A DNA stretch of 64,000 nt from Octopus vulgaris (lineage: Eukaryota). A program made the position numbers and the translations under genes. Below the pieces are notes generated by a model. The model made no database searches. It worked only from the letters and a program-made list of their open reading frames with translations, and had not been told where the DNA came from. The stretch lies in the NCBI GenBank assembly GCA_951406725.2, contig OX597815.1, positions 92,380,001 through 92,444,000 of the forward strand, given 5' to 3'. Below, in pieces: positions 37,868-51,389 of the stretch; position 1 is the stretch's first letter, and every line of letters begins with the position of its first letter.

Positions 37868-38721
37868 TCTACAATACATTAAAAGTCAGTTTCAATCTTG
37901 CTTGCTTGCTTGCTTGCAATGTTACCCAGGCAAACTGGTGCATAATGGGAAAATACTATGAATTAAGCTTACCCTGAAATGTTAATAGGAATGGAGTGAA
38001 ACAAGTTTCATGTAAATTGGAACAATAGTTACTGAGATATTTGGGATTTGGAGTATAAATACCCAAAACGGTGTATAATGTGAAAATGTTCTGAATTTAA
38101 CTTCATCCTCAAAGGTAAGAAACTCTAACCTTAGACAGAGTAACAATCATACATACAACTTGAACAGTCACACATATCAGTACATAACATACATTTACAT
38201 ATACATACAAATATACACACACACAGACATCTACACACATACATACACACATGCATGCATGTACACATCTGCATACACACATGCATACATACATACATAC
38301 ATACATACATACATACATACATACATACATACATACATACATACATAAACACATATATATCATGAATTTCATAACCTCATTGTGAAATAGTTTTTTCCCT
38401 ATGTTTCTTTTCAAGTGCATTCAACGTTATCTCACCTCCAAAGATTTGGCTGCTATTTCTAGCAATCCCTGCTATTATATAACAGCTATTTATGATAGAG
38501 AATCCAACATACCTGTTATGTGGTAGCAGAGCATGCAAGGAAACAGCAGCCAAATCTTTCCTTTCCTGGAGGAAAAGAGCCATTTATGCATGATTTCAAT
38601 GGCACATTTATTGAAAGCATACAGAATAACCTGGAAACGAAAAAAACCCACACAACAAAACTCCGTTGCTGGGAAACTTAGTTTCCTGGTGACCCAATGG
38701 GTCACGGGTAGTCTAGTCTAG
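37868..38721 (+). mobile_element. Non-autonomous Helitron-like element
   Basis: A|TC 5' start followed by a (CTTG)n tract; perfect hairpin GTGACCCA-A-TGGGTCAC (38689-38705) 12 nt before terminal CTAG|T; no TSD. Confidence 0.72.
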
Positions 38722-39130
38722 TATATATATATATTGCAGTTTCTGATATTTATCCTTTATACCCACATGTGCATAAAGGATAAATATGTATCACATTTGG
38801 CTGTATATTTTTGGGAGTGCTGTTGAATATCAGTTATGCGATGACGCTTGATCACGTACATATTTAATCCTAACACTCGCAAATTTATAACTCGGAGAAT
38901 CACACTGAGGAGAAGAAGAGGTATATCTGATTTACTTTAAATTCAAAACACATCTGTGATTAACTGAAGTTGTGTGGATGCATCATTTTTCTTTTTGCCG
39001 ACATAAAAAATTGTGTTATTGTCTCGAAGATTTTTATGATAGTTGAAAAGACATTAGCGTCTATTTCTAATTCAGTATGTGGCGAGGCACTTAGCTGACC
39101 CCTGGTTATAATTAAGTATATATAAGCCTA

Positions 39131-39169
<39 letters not shown>

Positions 39170-39172
<3 letters not shown>

Positions 39173-40655
39173 CGAATCGAAGGGCCTCAAAGTCAATCTA
39201 ACTAAAACCAAAGTCGTAATCAGTAGGAAGGTAGACAAATCACAAACACCTTCAGGTAGATGGCCCTGCTCGATCTGTAGAAAAGGTGTAGGTAGAAACT
39301 CTATAAGATGCACCAAGTGTAAGCTATGGACACATAAGAGGTGCAGCAATGTCAAAGGAAGGCTAACTAGGAAAATGGTTTTTGTATGTGGCAGATGCTC
39401 AGGAACAATAAACACTGAAAATGCTCCGAGACCAACTTCCGTCACTTTCCAGGGAGAAAAACTAGAAATAGTTGATAGTTTCCGTTACCTAGGTGATCAA
39501 GTCAGCAGCGGGGACGGGTGTGCTGAAAGTGTAACTGCTAGAGTAAGAATAGCTTGGGCAAAGTTCAGAGAGCTCTTACCTCTGCTGGTGACAAATGGCC
39601 TCTCACACAGAGTGAAAGGCAGACTGTATGATGCGTGTGTACAAACAGCCATGCTACATGGCAGTGAAACATGGGCCGTAACTGCTGAGGATATGCGTAA
39701 GCTCGCAAGAAATGAAGCCAGTATGCTCCGATGGATGTGTATATATCAGTACTCATACTCGGCAGAGTGTAAGTACCTTGAGAGAAAAGCTGGACCTAAG
39801 AAGCATCAGTTGTGGTGTGCAAGAGAGATGTTTGCGCTGGTATGGTCATGTGGCGAGAATGGATGAAGATAGTTGTGTGAAAAAGTGCCACACCCTAGCG
39901 GTTGAGGGAACCTGTGGAAGAGGCAGACCCAGGAAAACCTGGGATGAGGTGGTGAAGCACGACCTTCGAACTTTAGGTCTCACTGAGGAAATGACTAGAG
40001 ACCGAGTCCTCTGGAAGTGTGCTGTGCGCGAGAAGACCCGGCAGGACAAGTGAGTCCATAACCCGTGGCCTTCTATATGGGATGGAGCCAGCCTACGTAT
40101 GCATACCTTCCCTTCTTGGGACACAAAACTCTACTTGTGAAGACCTGTTGAGGCAAGTGAGGATCAGAATTGAAATCGATCAATGGAAATTGCAGATGTG
40201 TTACCAGTGCCGGTGGCATGTCGAAACTCTACTTGTGAAGACCCGTTGAGGCAAGTGAGGATCAGAATCGAAATCGATCAATGGAAATCGATCAATGGAA
40301 ATTGCAGATGTGTTACCAGTGCCGGTGGCATGTAAGAGAACCTTCCGTTTCGCGACCGTTGCCAGCACCGCCCCGTTTCGTGTCCGTTGCCAGCCTCGCC
40401 TGGCCCTCGTGCCGGTGGCACATAAAAAGCACCATCCGTTCGTGGCCGTTTGCTAGCTCTGTCTGGCACCTGTGCGGGTGGCACGTAAAAAGCACCCACT
40501 ACACTCTCGGAGTGGTTGACGTTAGGAAGGGCATCCAGCCGTAGAAACACTGCCAGATTTGACTGGGCCTGATGAAGCCTTCTGGCTTCACAGATCCCAG
40601 TAGAACCGTCCAACCCATGCTAGCATGGAAAATGGACGCTAAACGATGATGATGA
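39170..40655 (+). mobile_element. Young 5'-truncated RTE-type LINE with PHD-like finger, inserted after (TA)n
   Basis: WPCSICRKGVGRNSIRCTKCKLWTHKRC...FVCGRC; ORFs 39375..39866 and 39712..40053; (GAT)n tail. Confidence 0.92.
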
Positions 40656-40661
40656 TATGTA

Positions 40662-40904
40662 TATAAGGCAAGGAAGAAAAGGAAGAAAATGGAGAACATA
40701 ATCAATTGACAAACATCAGCTAGATCTATTTATTAATTCCAATCATATGAATAAATAAATAAATAACGATAAATGAATGAATATATTCACCTATTTATCC
40801 TTATTTATTTATTTATTTACTTATTCATATGATTGTAATTAATAAATAAATCTAGCTGTTGTTTGAGAATTAAATATCTCTTCCATTTTCTTCCTTGCCT
40901 TATA
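40662..40904. repeat. Spacerless imperfect palindrome, ~243 bp
   Basis: tataaggcaaggaagaaaa...cagctagatctatttattaattccaatcatatgaataa...gaata|tattc...ttattcatatgattgtaattaataaataaatctagctg...ttttcttccttgccttata. Confidence 0.85.
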
Positions 40905-41699
40905 AATTCTGGTTAAACTTTTGTTTACTTCCACACATACTTATTATTCAATTGTACTATTGCCTTAGAACACTAAGCATTTGGATGTATACTATCCCTT
41001 AGATGTGTCTGTGGAGTTGTTAGCTAATTCCTCCTACATCGTTTTATCGATTTTGATGAAACTTGACATGTGAGTTGAACATGGCATACACAGATTGTTG
41101 AAAAAATATCGATAATAGGGCTCCTGGAAGGGATCCTTATATATATCTAATATATTTCATTTTAACAGTCAATTCACCCAGGTTTTAACAGCCAAGGGAA
41201 ATAACCCATTCGGTATAAATCAAATTGAGTATGATTATTTCTTAGTACTTGAACTGTTAGAGTTATTTTCGCAATTTATCCAGTACAACCCTTACACAAG
41301 TCAATAGTATTTTCCTAAACAATAGATCCACTCATTTTGGTTAGTGACTTATTTATGAGTATGCCAACACTGGCGCCACTGAGAGTAATATTCTCTGGGA
41401 ACATACAAAAGCCTTTTTCAGAGTTATTTACTTTGAACTGTTATTATCTCATATCTGATTTACCTGTTATTATGTAACATTCTTCATGATTTTAGTATAC
41501 ATACCTTATTAGTATTTCCTCCTAAATTCTATATACTCTGGGAACGCATTAAAGCCCTTTTCGGGGCTACTTTATTTGAATTCTTACAATCAGGTAACTA
41601 ATTTCATGTTATTACATAAGTGACTTCACAATTTGGGTGTTCATAACTTATTGGGAATTCCTAAAAACAAGATCCTGTGTAAGATAATTCAGTATTCTC

Positions 41700-42130
41700 T
41701 GTAAATGCACAAAAACTGTTGCAATTGTAGAGTCAAATCCCACTGTCCGTTATTAGACCGATGAACGTAATTTACAAATGTACAATGATAACTATAACTA
41801 GTAATTTTATATATATTAGTTGTTCGATTAATATGAAACAACATCTGTACAACCACATGTCCTTTTTTAAATTTAAACATAAGGCGAATTGTACGTCATT
41901 ATCTAGTAAGATTTGGGAATTGAAGGAAAGCAGAATTGGGTTTAGCCTTAAATGGGAAATAATAAGAAAAGCATAGCCTTATAGAAATAGTAGATATGGG
42001 TGTGAGCTGTGCTCTAAGGAAAGATGAAATTTTTAAGCATAAAAGTAAGGGCAACCTGATTAATAATAGATTAGACCTTAGGGTATCATGTGTACATAGT
42101 ATCACCCGTACTTTTAAATATTTTCGAAAG
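41700..42130 (+). mobile_element. Decayed Penelope-like GIY-YIG endonuclease region
   Basis: CCNCRVKSHCPL..NVIYKC..YISC..KQHLYNHMSFF..TSLSSKIWELK...LKWEIIRKA*PY...CELC matches the PLE C-terminal CNCR..CPL / VIYK / YIG / LS..IW.LK / W.I..A.PY / C.LC pattern. Confidence 0.72.
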
Positions 42131-43384
42131 AAGCACTTTAAAGGTCTTGTGATTGAACTGATTTTGATGGAAACTTATTTTTAATATTTTTAGTCTGAAA
42201 TTAAAGTACATTGCATATATTACAATATAATAAAAGCTATATAGTATAGTCAGTTAGTGTGCTAAATAAAGTTAGTATACTATCCATATGAATTTTCCTG
42301 CCTGGTTGATCAGATTTCATCATGGTTTTAGTAATTACTTTATTTATCCCTTTCTTAAAGTGTTCCACCCTCCTGATCTTAGTATTTATAAGGGCCTTTA
42401 TGCAAGTAGCCCTTCTAAGTAAGTATCCCTAAAAGACTATAATATAATGTATGGATTAACACAAAAACTTTTAAAACCTATAATATACCTCTTAGTTTAT
42501 AATTAGTATATAGTTAACATGTCCTATAATATCAATATTCCTTTAGTTAATACCAGGAATCAGTCTTTATAGATACAAGCTAAATAAGGAAATAAACAAT
42601 TTTTAGTTTAAATACTTGAATTATTATATATTTTCTATAAATCTTCTCTATTGATGTTAATAAGGTATATATACTTCATCATGGCTTTAGTGATTAAGTT
42701 ATTTTATTCCTTTTCTATGGTGTTCTACCCTACCTGGTTATTTTATTATTTTATAATAGCTTTTATTAAATAAACCTAATTTTTGTACCCCTAGAAATTC
42801 ATACTTAGCTTATATATAACAATATGGGTATCTTCACAACTTAAAATAAACTGCTTAGATTATAATTTAATATATAGTTAACATGTTCTTTCACCTCAGT
42901 ACTCCTTTATTAAATACCAGTAAATGCCAATGATCAATCTTCATAGATACCATCTAATAAGTTAATATTTAAGTATATAATATGTATAAATATTAAACTA
43001 TTTCTATGTAATTTCTTTTCCTCCCTCTATGGTGGTAAAATTTGGTATATACTCAAAAGTATTCAAAAAAATAAAAAAATTTATCCTTTTGTTATAATAT
43101 TCTTCTTAATAATCTTGATAACCCTAAATTTTAACTTTATACAATATACCAATATTGTTTAAAATATTCAACTATAGTACCCCATGATAAAATTTCCCTA
43201 TATTATCATCATTGACTTACTAGAGCCTTGCCCTTTTAATTGACAGCTAACATCTTGATTTAAGATTTCCTTTATCAAATCTCATTATATTGCTTCAAAT
43301 TAATCTTAATAGTTCTATGACTATACCCACTATGATTTCTGTTAACTCCCTCAGCCTCTTTCCTAACAGACACTGCTCCTTGTT

Positions 43385-43772
43385 CCTAGGGCAGCTCCAA
43401 TCATTGCGAACCTAACAATGGGCTATCTGGAAATAACAATATACCAGGAATCTTTATCTACATTTGGAAACCCCTTGCCCAATACATAAAAGAAAATTGG
43501 AAAAGATTCCTAGACGACTGTGTCATACTCTGGAATGAAAACACAGATATGCTCCTGAAATTCAAAAGACTATTGAACAGTGTCAACCCAAACATAAAGT
43601 TCACAATGGAGTACAACTTGGATATACTAATTAAAAAAATTAACCTAAAAATAGAAATGGACATATTTTACAAAACCACAGATGCCAAACAATATCTACT
43701 ATTTAATTCATGCCACCCAAGACACACCACAACAAACATCCCCTTCAACCTTGCAAGAAGGATATGCAGAGT
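43385..43772 (+). mobile_element. Penelope-like reverse transcriptase fragment
   Basis: PIIANLTMGYLE...WKRFLDDCVILW...LNSVNPNIKFTME..LDILI...DIFYKTTDAKQYLLFNSCHPRHTTTNIPFNLARRI. Confidence 0.85.
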
Positions 43773-44030
43773 AAGAAATGCTTGAAAGGAGACATGTCAA
43801 TGTATGCTGCATACAAGAGGTAAGATGGCGAGGAGCTTCAGCTAAGGTCCTCACAGACAAGGCACATAGGTACAAAATCTTCTGGCAAGGTAACATGGAT
43901 AGAGTGGGGGGGTGTAGGCATACTCCTTGCAGAAAAAATGGGTAGATAAAGTCACAGAGGTTGTCAGGGTATGTGATAAAGTGCTTAAGCTTAGGCTAGT
44001 CCTGCAGAACAGCACAACTACAATTATCAC
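43773..44030 (+). mobile_element. RTE-type LINE APE endonuclease fragment
   Basis: EMLERRHVNVCCIQEVRWRGASAKVLTDKAHRYKIFW...KWVDKVTEVVRVCDKVLKLRLV; homologous to 36534..36902. Confidence 0.82.
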
Positions 44031-44529
44031 TTTATATGTGTGTGTGTGTGTTTCTGTGATTGTAACCCCACCATCGCTTGACAACCTATGTTGTGTTTAC
44101 GTCACCGTAACTTAGCCATAACTTTTCATTGCTTTGAAACTACGACCTGTTCACTCACATAATTCTGAGATGCAGCATGTAATTTTGTCAGTGAACAGGT
44201 CATGATTTCAAAGAAACAAAAATATCTATACATATAGTGCAGGTGGCAAGTGAAGAAACACCATTTCGACCCTGTGCTTGAGGAGATCCATTGAGTCAAG
44301 TACACCGACATCAAAATCAATGGAAACTGCAGTTGTGATCCCTGAGCCGGTGGAACGTAAAAAGCACCCACCACACTCACGGAGTGGTTGGCGTTAGGAA
44401 GGGCATCCAGCTGTAGAAACACTGCCAGATCAGACTGGAGCCTGGTGCATCCAACCCCTGCTAGCATGGAGAACGGATGTCAAACGATGATGATGATGAT
44501 GATGACATATATATCTATACATATATATA

Positions 44530-44808
44530 TCACCGTGACCGACCAGATTATCAGATGTTGCTACACATCGCTGGTCACAATGCGCTTCGCATTGTTTTAG
44601 CCTTCAAATGACGCAATCCCGCCGGCTAAACGAGCAGAAAGTTGTGGCGAAAGAGTACAGCAGGGATTGCCACCACCCCCTGCCGGAGCCTCATGGAGCT
44701 TTAGGTGTTTTCGCTCAATAAACACTCACAACACCCGGTCTGGGAATCGAAACCGTGATCCTACAACCACGAACCGCTGCCCTAACCACTGGTCCATTGC
44801 GCCTCCAC
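44530..44808 (-). mobile_element. tRNA-derived SINE, family C
   Basis: Reverse complement begins gtggaggcgcaatggaccagtggttagggcagc...ggtttcgattcccagacc (A and B boxes); flanked by (TA)n. Confidence 0.72.
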
Positions 44809-44874
44809 ATATATATATATATATAACCCATGCTAGCGCAGAAAACGGACGTTAAACGATGATGATGATGATGA

Positions 44875-46190
<1,316 letters not shown>

Positions 46191-46750
46191 CTACCATTAT
46201 GACCCGGCATTGCGGAGTCTAGTGCTGGTGCTTTTCAGGCATATTTGGTCTTTCATGAAAATCCTGCTCTCTTGTCATTCACTTGGTCTAACTCATTAAT
46301 TATTCCCTGCATTTCTCATATCAAAAAACCGTGCACATTTGAAAGCCAAAACACATGATAACACGTCTTCATAAAACACAAAAATGCACTGAGTCATACA
46401 GATTGTCTGCAAATGAGCACGCGCATTCAACTGTCAGGGGTAAGATTATTTCCATCCAATCAAAAAACAGCTGGCAGTCTATTCGTGTATCTAGTTGTAC
46501 ACAAGCAACGTGTACAAATTTCTATGTTTTAGCAATTTTGAATGGATATGCCCATGACTAATGGGCATAAGGGGTAGGTTTCTCGATATTTTTTTTAGTT
46601 GCTTTCTGGGGTGACTGGGAAAATGAAAAGATCTTCATGATCACCCTCAGACATTTTGAAAGCCCATAAAAAATGCAAGCCTTTTATGTGAAAAACTGTA
46701 GATTTGTATAAAGGACACACAGACATTTTGCTGTTTATAGATATAGAGAT
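46191..46750 (-). mobile_element. Non-autonomous Helitron-like element
   Basis: Minus-strand 5' A|TCTCTATATCTATAAACAGCAAAATGTCTGTGTG; imperfect GC hairpin gacccggcattgcggagtc about 10 nt from a degenerate terminus (GTAG). Confidence 0.5.
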
Positions 46751-46834
46751 ACACACACACATGCATACATATATACACACACATATATATATATATTTAT
46801 ATGTATGTATGTATGTATATATATATATATAAAT

Positions 46835-47833
46835 AAAAACTAGAAATAGTTGATAGCTTCCATTACCTAGGTGACCAAGTCAGTAGCGGGTGCGGGTGTG
46901 CTGAAAGTGTAACTGCTACAGTAAGAATAGCCTGGGCAAAGTTCAGAGAGCTCTTACCTCTGCTGGTGACAAAAGGCCTCTCGCTCAGAGTAAAAGGCTA
47001 ACTGTATGACGAATGTGTACAAACAGTCATGCTACATGGCAGTGAAACATGGGCCGTGACTGCTGAGGATATGCGTAAGCTCACAAGGAATGAAGCCAGT
47101 ATGTCCGATGGATGTGTAATGTCAGTGTTCATACCCGACAGAGTGTAAGTACCTTGAGAGAAAAGTTGGACCTAAGAAGCATCAGTTGTGGTGCGCAAGA
47201 GAGACGTCTACACTGGTATGGTCATGTGGTGAGAATGGATGAAGATAGTTGTGTGAAAATGTGCCACGGGACGAGGTGGTGAAGCACGACCTTCAATCTT
47301 TAGGTCTCACCGAGGAAATGACCAGAGACCGAGACCTTTGGAAGTATGCTGTGCGTGAGAAGACCTGGCAGGACAAGTGAGGCCATAACCCGTGGCCTCT
47401 CCACCTATGCATACCTTTCCTTCTTGGGACACAACACTCTACTTGTGAAGACCTGTTGAGGCAAGTGAAAATCAAAATCGATCAACATCAATGGAATTTA
47501 TAGTTGTGATACCACTGCCGGTGGCACGTAAGAGAACCATCCGAACGTGGTCGTAGCCAGCTCCGCCTTGACTGGCCTCTGTGCCAGTGGTACGTAAAAA
47601 GCGCCATCCGAGTGTGGCCGTTTGCCAGCCTCGTCTGGCACCTGTGACGGTGGCACGTAAAAAGTACCCACTACACTCATGGAGTGGTTGGCGTTAGGAA
47701 GGGCATCAAGCTGTAGAAACACTGCCAGATCAAACTGGGCCTGGTGCAGCCTTCTGGCTTCCCAGACGCCAGTTGAACCATCCAACCCATGCTAGCATGG
47801 AAAGCGGACGTTAAACGATGATGATGATGATGA
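46835..47833 (+). mobile_element. 5'-truncated RTE-type LINE with (GAT)n tail
   Basis: KLEIVDSFHYLGDQVSSG...WAKFRELLPLL; homologous to 39460..40655. Confidence 0.88.
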
Positions 47834-48125
47834 TACACACACACACACATATCATCATCATTGTTTAATGTCCGTTTTCCATCCTGGCATGGGTTGGATG
47901 GTCTGACTCGGGACTGGCAAGCCAGGAGGCCACACCAGGCTCCAATTTTGTCTGGCAATGTTTCTACAGCTAGATGCCCTTCCGAACACCAACCACTCCG
48001 AGAGTGTAGTGGATGCTTTTTACGTGCCACCAGCACAGGAGCCAGTCAGGCAGCACTGGCACTGGCCATGTTTGGATTATTAATGTAACGTTATAATGAT
48101 ATATATATATATATATATATATATG

Positions 48126-49423
48126 CTAGCAGAGATACCCAGCGTTGCCCGTGTTACATACAATTGAAGAATTCTACTTTTCTGTTATATTTTCTCTAAT
48201 GAACTGGAATATCTATGTTTCAAATTTCATCAAAATTGCAGATGAGGGTTATTTCCCTCTTTACACACCCCCAAAAATTGTAATAGTGTGACATATACTA
48301 CTGATTTTTATGCACATATTCCAAAATTCCAGTCTTACTGAACCTGTTAAAAAGATTTTGCTCCTGAAAAATGAAGGTCATGGAGCTCTAAAATGTGAGA
48401 GTTAAGGGCCCTGTTGGGGGTGGGCATCCTAATGTCAACCAGAGAAATTGAATTGTTGAGAATCTTTTTAACAATATCTATTGTTTGAATTTCTTTGAAA
48501 TAGGAAATATATGTTCACTGGGTTTGTAAAAGAGAGCAAAGCTACAGGAAACCAAAAGACGAATGATCACAATAAGCAGTCAGTTACCCTACCCTAGTCG
48601 TTACCACTCCCAATATAGTATTCCTCACCATCAAGGTGACAGGCACAGCCGTAAGATGCATTACGAATTTATAGCAATTGGAAGGGCGTGACCCAACTGA
48701 ATTAAACATTAACGACTGTGTGACGTGAGGGCTAAGGAGAAATGAAAGTGTCACCTCTGGAGTTTGCAAATGACCACTATACTGATACGTAACTGGACAG
48801 AATAAATTTACAATCTATAAATGTCTTTGAATAACCAGTCACTCATCTGGGAAGGCCTTGAATTCAATGTTACCATATGGGGACTGTGTGACCGAGTGAT
48901 AATAAAAAGACTGAAAGGAGGTCTGCAATCAAATAACTTTACTCAACACTTTGCAACTGAATCAGGAGGCAAAGATGCCTCTCATTTACTTGACAATTTA
49001 TGCACCACATTGCAGAAATCACAATGTAAGTGTATGTCAAAGCAAACTGTTACACTGTTGTACCATTGAATTAGAAATAATGCTCAACTTCTATGCTCGG
49101 GTAACCCTACAGCTTCCAAGAGTACAACTGTATTCGTTTTTGCTTAGATAAAATGACAAAATTGTGGGTGTTAAGTCCCCATGGAGGGGTCTTTCTAACT
49201 TGTAAGAAGACGAAATTTTATAAATATTACTTCATTTGTGTCCAATATCTATGGTAAAAATTTCATCAACAGCAAAAATATATGAATTGTCATGGGGGTT
49301 ATGGCCCTTATGCATAGAATATAATTTCCAAATTTCATAAAGATCCATTCAGTACTTTTGACCTAGTTTTGGATCATAAAAGAAATGACTAAAATTTGAG
49401 AGTTAAGGCTCCCATTAGGGTGT

Positions 49424-49430
<7 letters not shown>
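48126..49430 (-). mobile_element. Putative non-autonomous Helitron-like element
   Basis: Terminal CTAG (48126-48129) next to a GC-rich imperfect hairpin, acccagcgttgcccgtgt; internal aaatttcat/aaagatccattcagt motifs; bounded by (TA)n. Confidence 0.45.
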
Positions 49431-49503
<73 letters not shown>

Positions 49504-49662
49504 GATATATAAACACACAAACACATACAAAGATAAATTGATAGATACAACTGAGTGGGCAAACAAAAATATGAGACACAGCCTAGTGCGTTTTTTTATG
49601 TTGATAAGCCTGGTACTTATTCTATTAGTTTGTTCTTGTGAAACCAGTAAGTTATGTGGATG

Positions 49663-51270
49663 CAGAAACACTCCATCATCTGATGTCTCAAAGGCATGTG
49701 ATAGCAGCAGCATGAAGAAGATGCCAAATAATGTAGGAGCAAGGACACAACCTTGCTTTACCCTGTTTTTTATTTGGAAGGCGGCTGATGTTGAACCATT
49801 GTGGTGTATGGTGCCTTGCATATCATCATGGAAAGATTTGATGATCCTCAGCAGCTTTGGTGGACATCTGATTTTTTGGAGCAGGATGAAGAGGCCTTTT
49901 CTACTTACCAAGTCAAAGGCCTTTGTCCGAACAATGAAGGCCATATGTAATGGCATTTTCTACTCTCTGGACTTCTGAAGTTGGCGTATGGAGAATATCA
50001 TGTCAATAGTTGATCTGCTTCTTCTAAAGCCACACTGCGATTCTGGATAAATTCGAGAAGCTAGCAGTTGTAACCTGGACAGGATAACGCGAGCAAAGGC
50101 CTTAGAAAAGATACTCCACGGTAATTGTTACAATCACCACAGTCACCTTTGTTTTTGTAAAGCGTAATGATGTTAGCATCCCACGTATCCTGAGGGACTG
50201 TACCCTCTTCCCAGCACTGACAGAGAAGCTCATGAAGGTGCCGAATCAGGATGGTGTTTTTGCTGGTTTTGATGATCTCTAAGAGGATGCCGTCTTTCCC
50301 CGGAGCCTTGTTACTTGCTAGGGAGTCAATAGCCTTGGTGAGCTCTGCTATGGATGGCAGACTGTCAAGTTCACACATGACTGGCAAGATCTTGACACCC
50401 TCGATTGCAGCCTCAGCTATCGTGGTCTCCCGTGAGTAGAGATCCTGGTAGTACTCCACCCATCTATCCATTTGTTTACTTTGGTCCTTCATGAGATCTC
50501 CAGTAGTTGATTTCAGAGGGGCTGACTTGGTTGCGGATGGACCAAGGGCCTTCTTCAAACCGTCATACATCCCACGGGTGTCGCCACTGTCAGCAGCTGA
50601 CTGGATACTCTGACAGATTTCCTGCCAATACCTATTTGCACAGCGTCTGGCAGTCAGTTGGGTATTATTTCTTGCCTTTCTGAGTTCTTTGAGTGACTTT
50701 TTGAAGAATCACTCTCGTATTGCATCAGAGCTGCACGCTTTGCTTTGATAACTGTTTCCAGCTCTGAGAGCCCAGCACTGAACCAATCTAGCTTTTGCCT
50801 TTCTCTCATGCCAAAAGTATCAATTGATATGGTATACAAAGCTTCCCCGATATAATTCCACCTACTTTTATCAGAGGAGGTTGGGCAGCTACTGAGGGCA
50901 ACCTTGATAGAAACAGCAAAACATTTTCACAGTGTAGGGTCCGAGGTTCTGTCAGTGTTAATGCGTGGTTGGGCCATTTTCTTGGAGTGATGGACTTTGT
51001 TAGGCAGAATCCTTACCCTGCTTCTTATTAGTGAATGATCTGTGTCACAATCTGTGCTGTGGTAACTACAGGTCAGTTGAACAGAATTCAGAAAGGATCT
51101 TCGTATAATGATGAGATCCAGCTGATGCCAGTGGTGAGATCTTGTATGTCTTCAAGATGCCTTGTGGGATGTCCTGTTGGCAAAGAATGTGTTGGTGATG
51201 CACAGGTTATGGTATGTGCAAAATTCAAGTAGTCTCTGACCATTGTCATTCATATTGCCAATACCAAAAC
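49663..51270 (-). mobile_element. RTE-BovB-clade LINE ORF2 fragment
   Basis: WHQLDLII, MYDGLKKALGP, KAPGKDGI, LYKNKGDCGDCNNYRGVS, SQCGFRRSRSTIDMIFSIRQLQ, KAFDLVSR, VKQGCVLAPTLF. Confidence 0.9.
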
Positions 51271-51352
51271 ACATACACTTACATATATACATACATATAT
51301 ATACGATTGATTTGTTTCAGTTGATTTGTTTCAGTTCCTGTCTACGAAATCC

Positions 51353-51389
<37 letters not shown>

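Noticed and set aside
44730-44808. tRNA-like sequence with A and B boxes
   Set aside because: It is a SINE head continuing into the repeat body; no complete cloverleaf.
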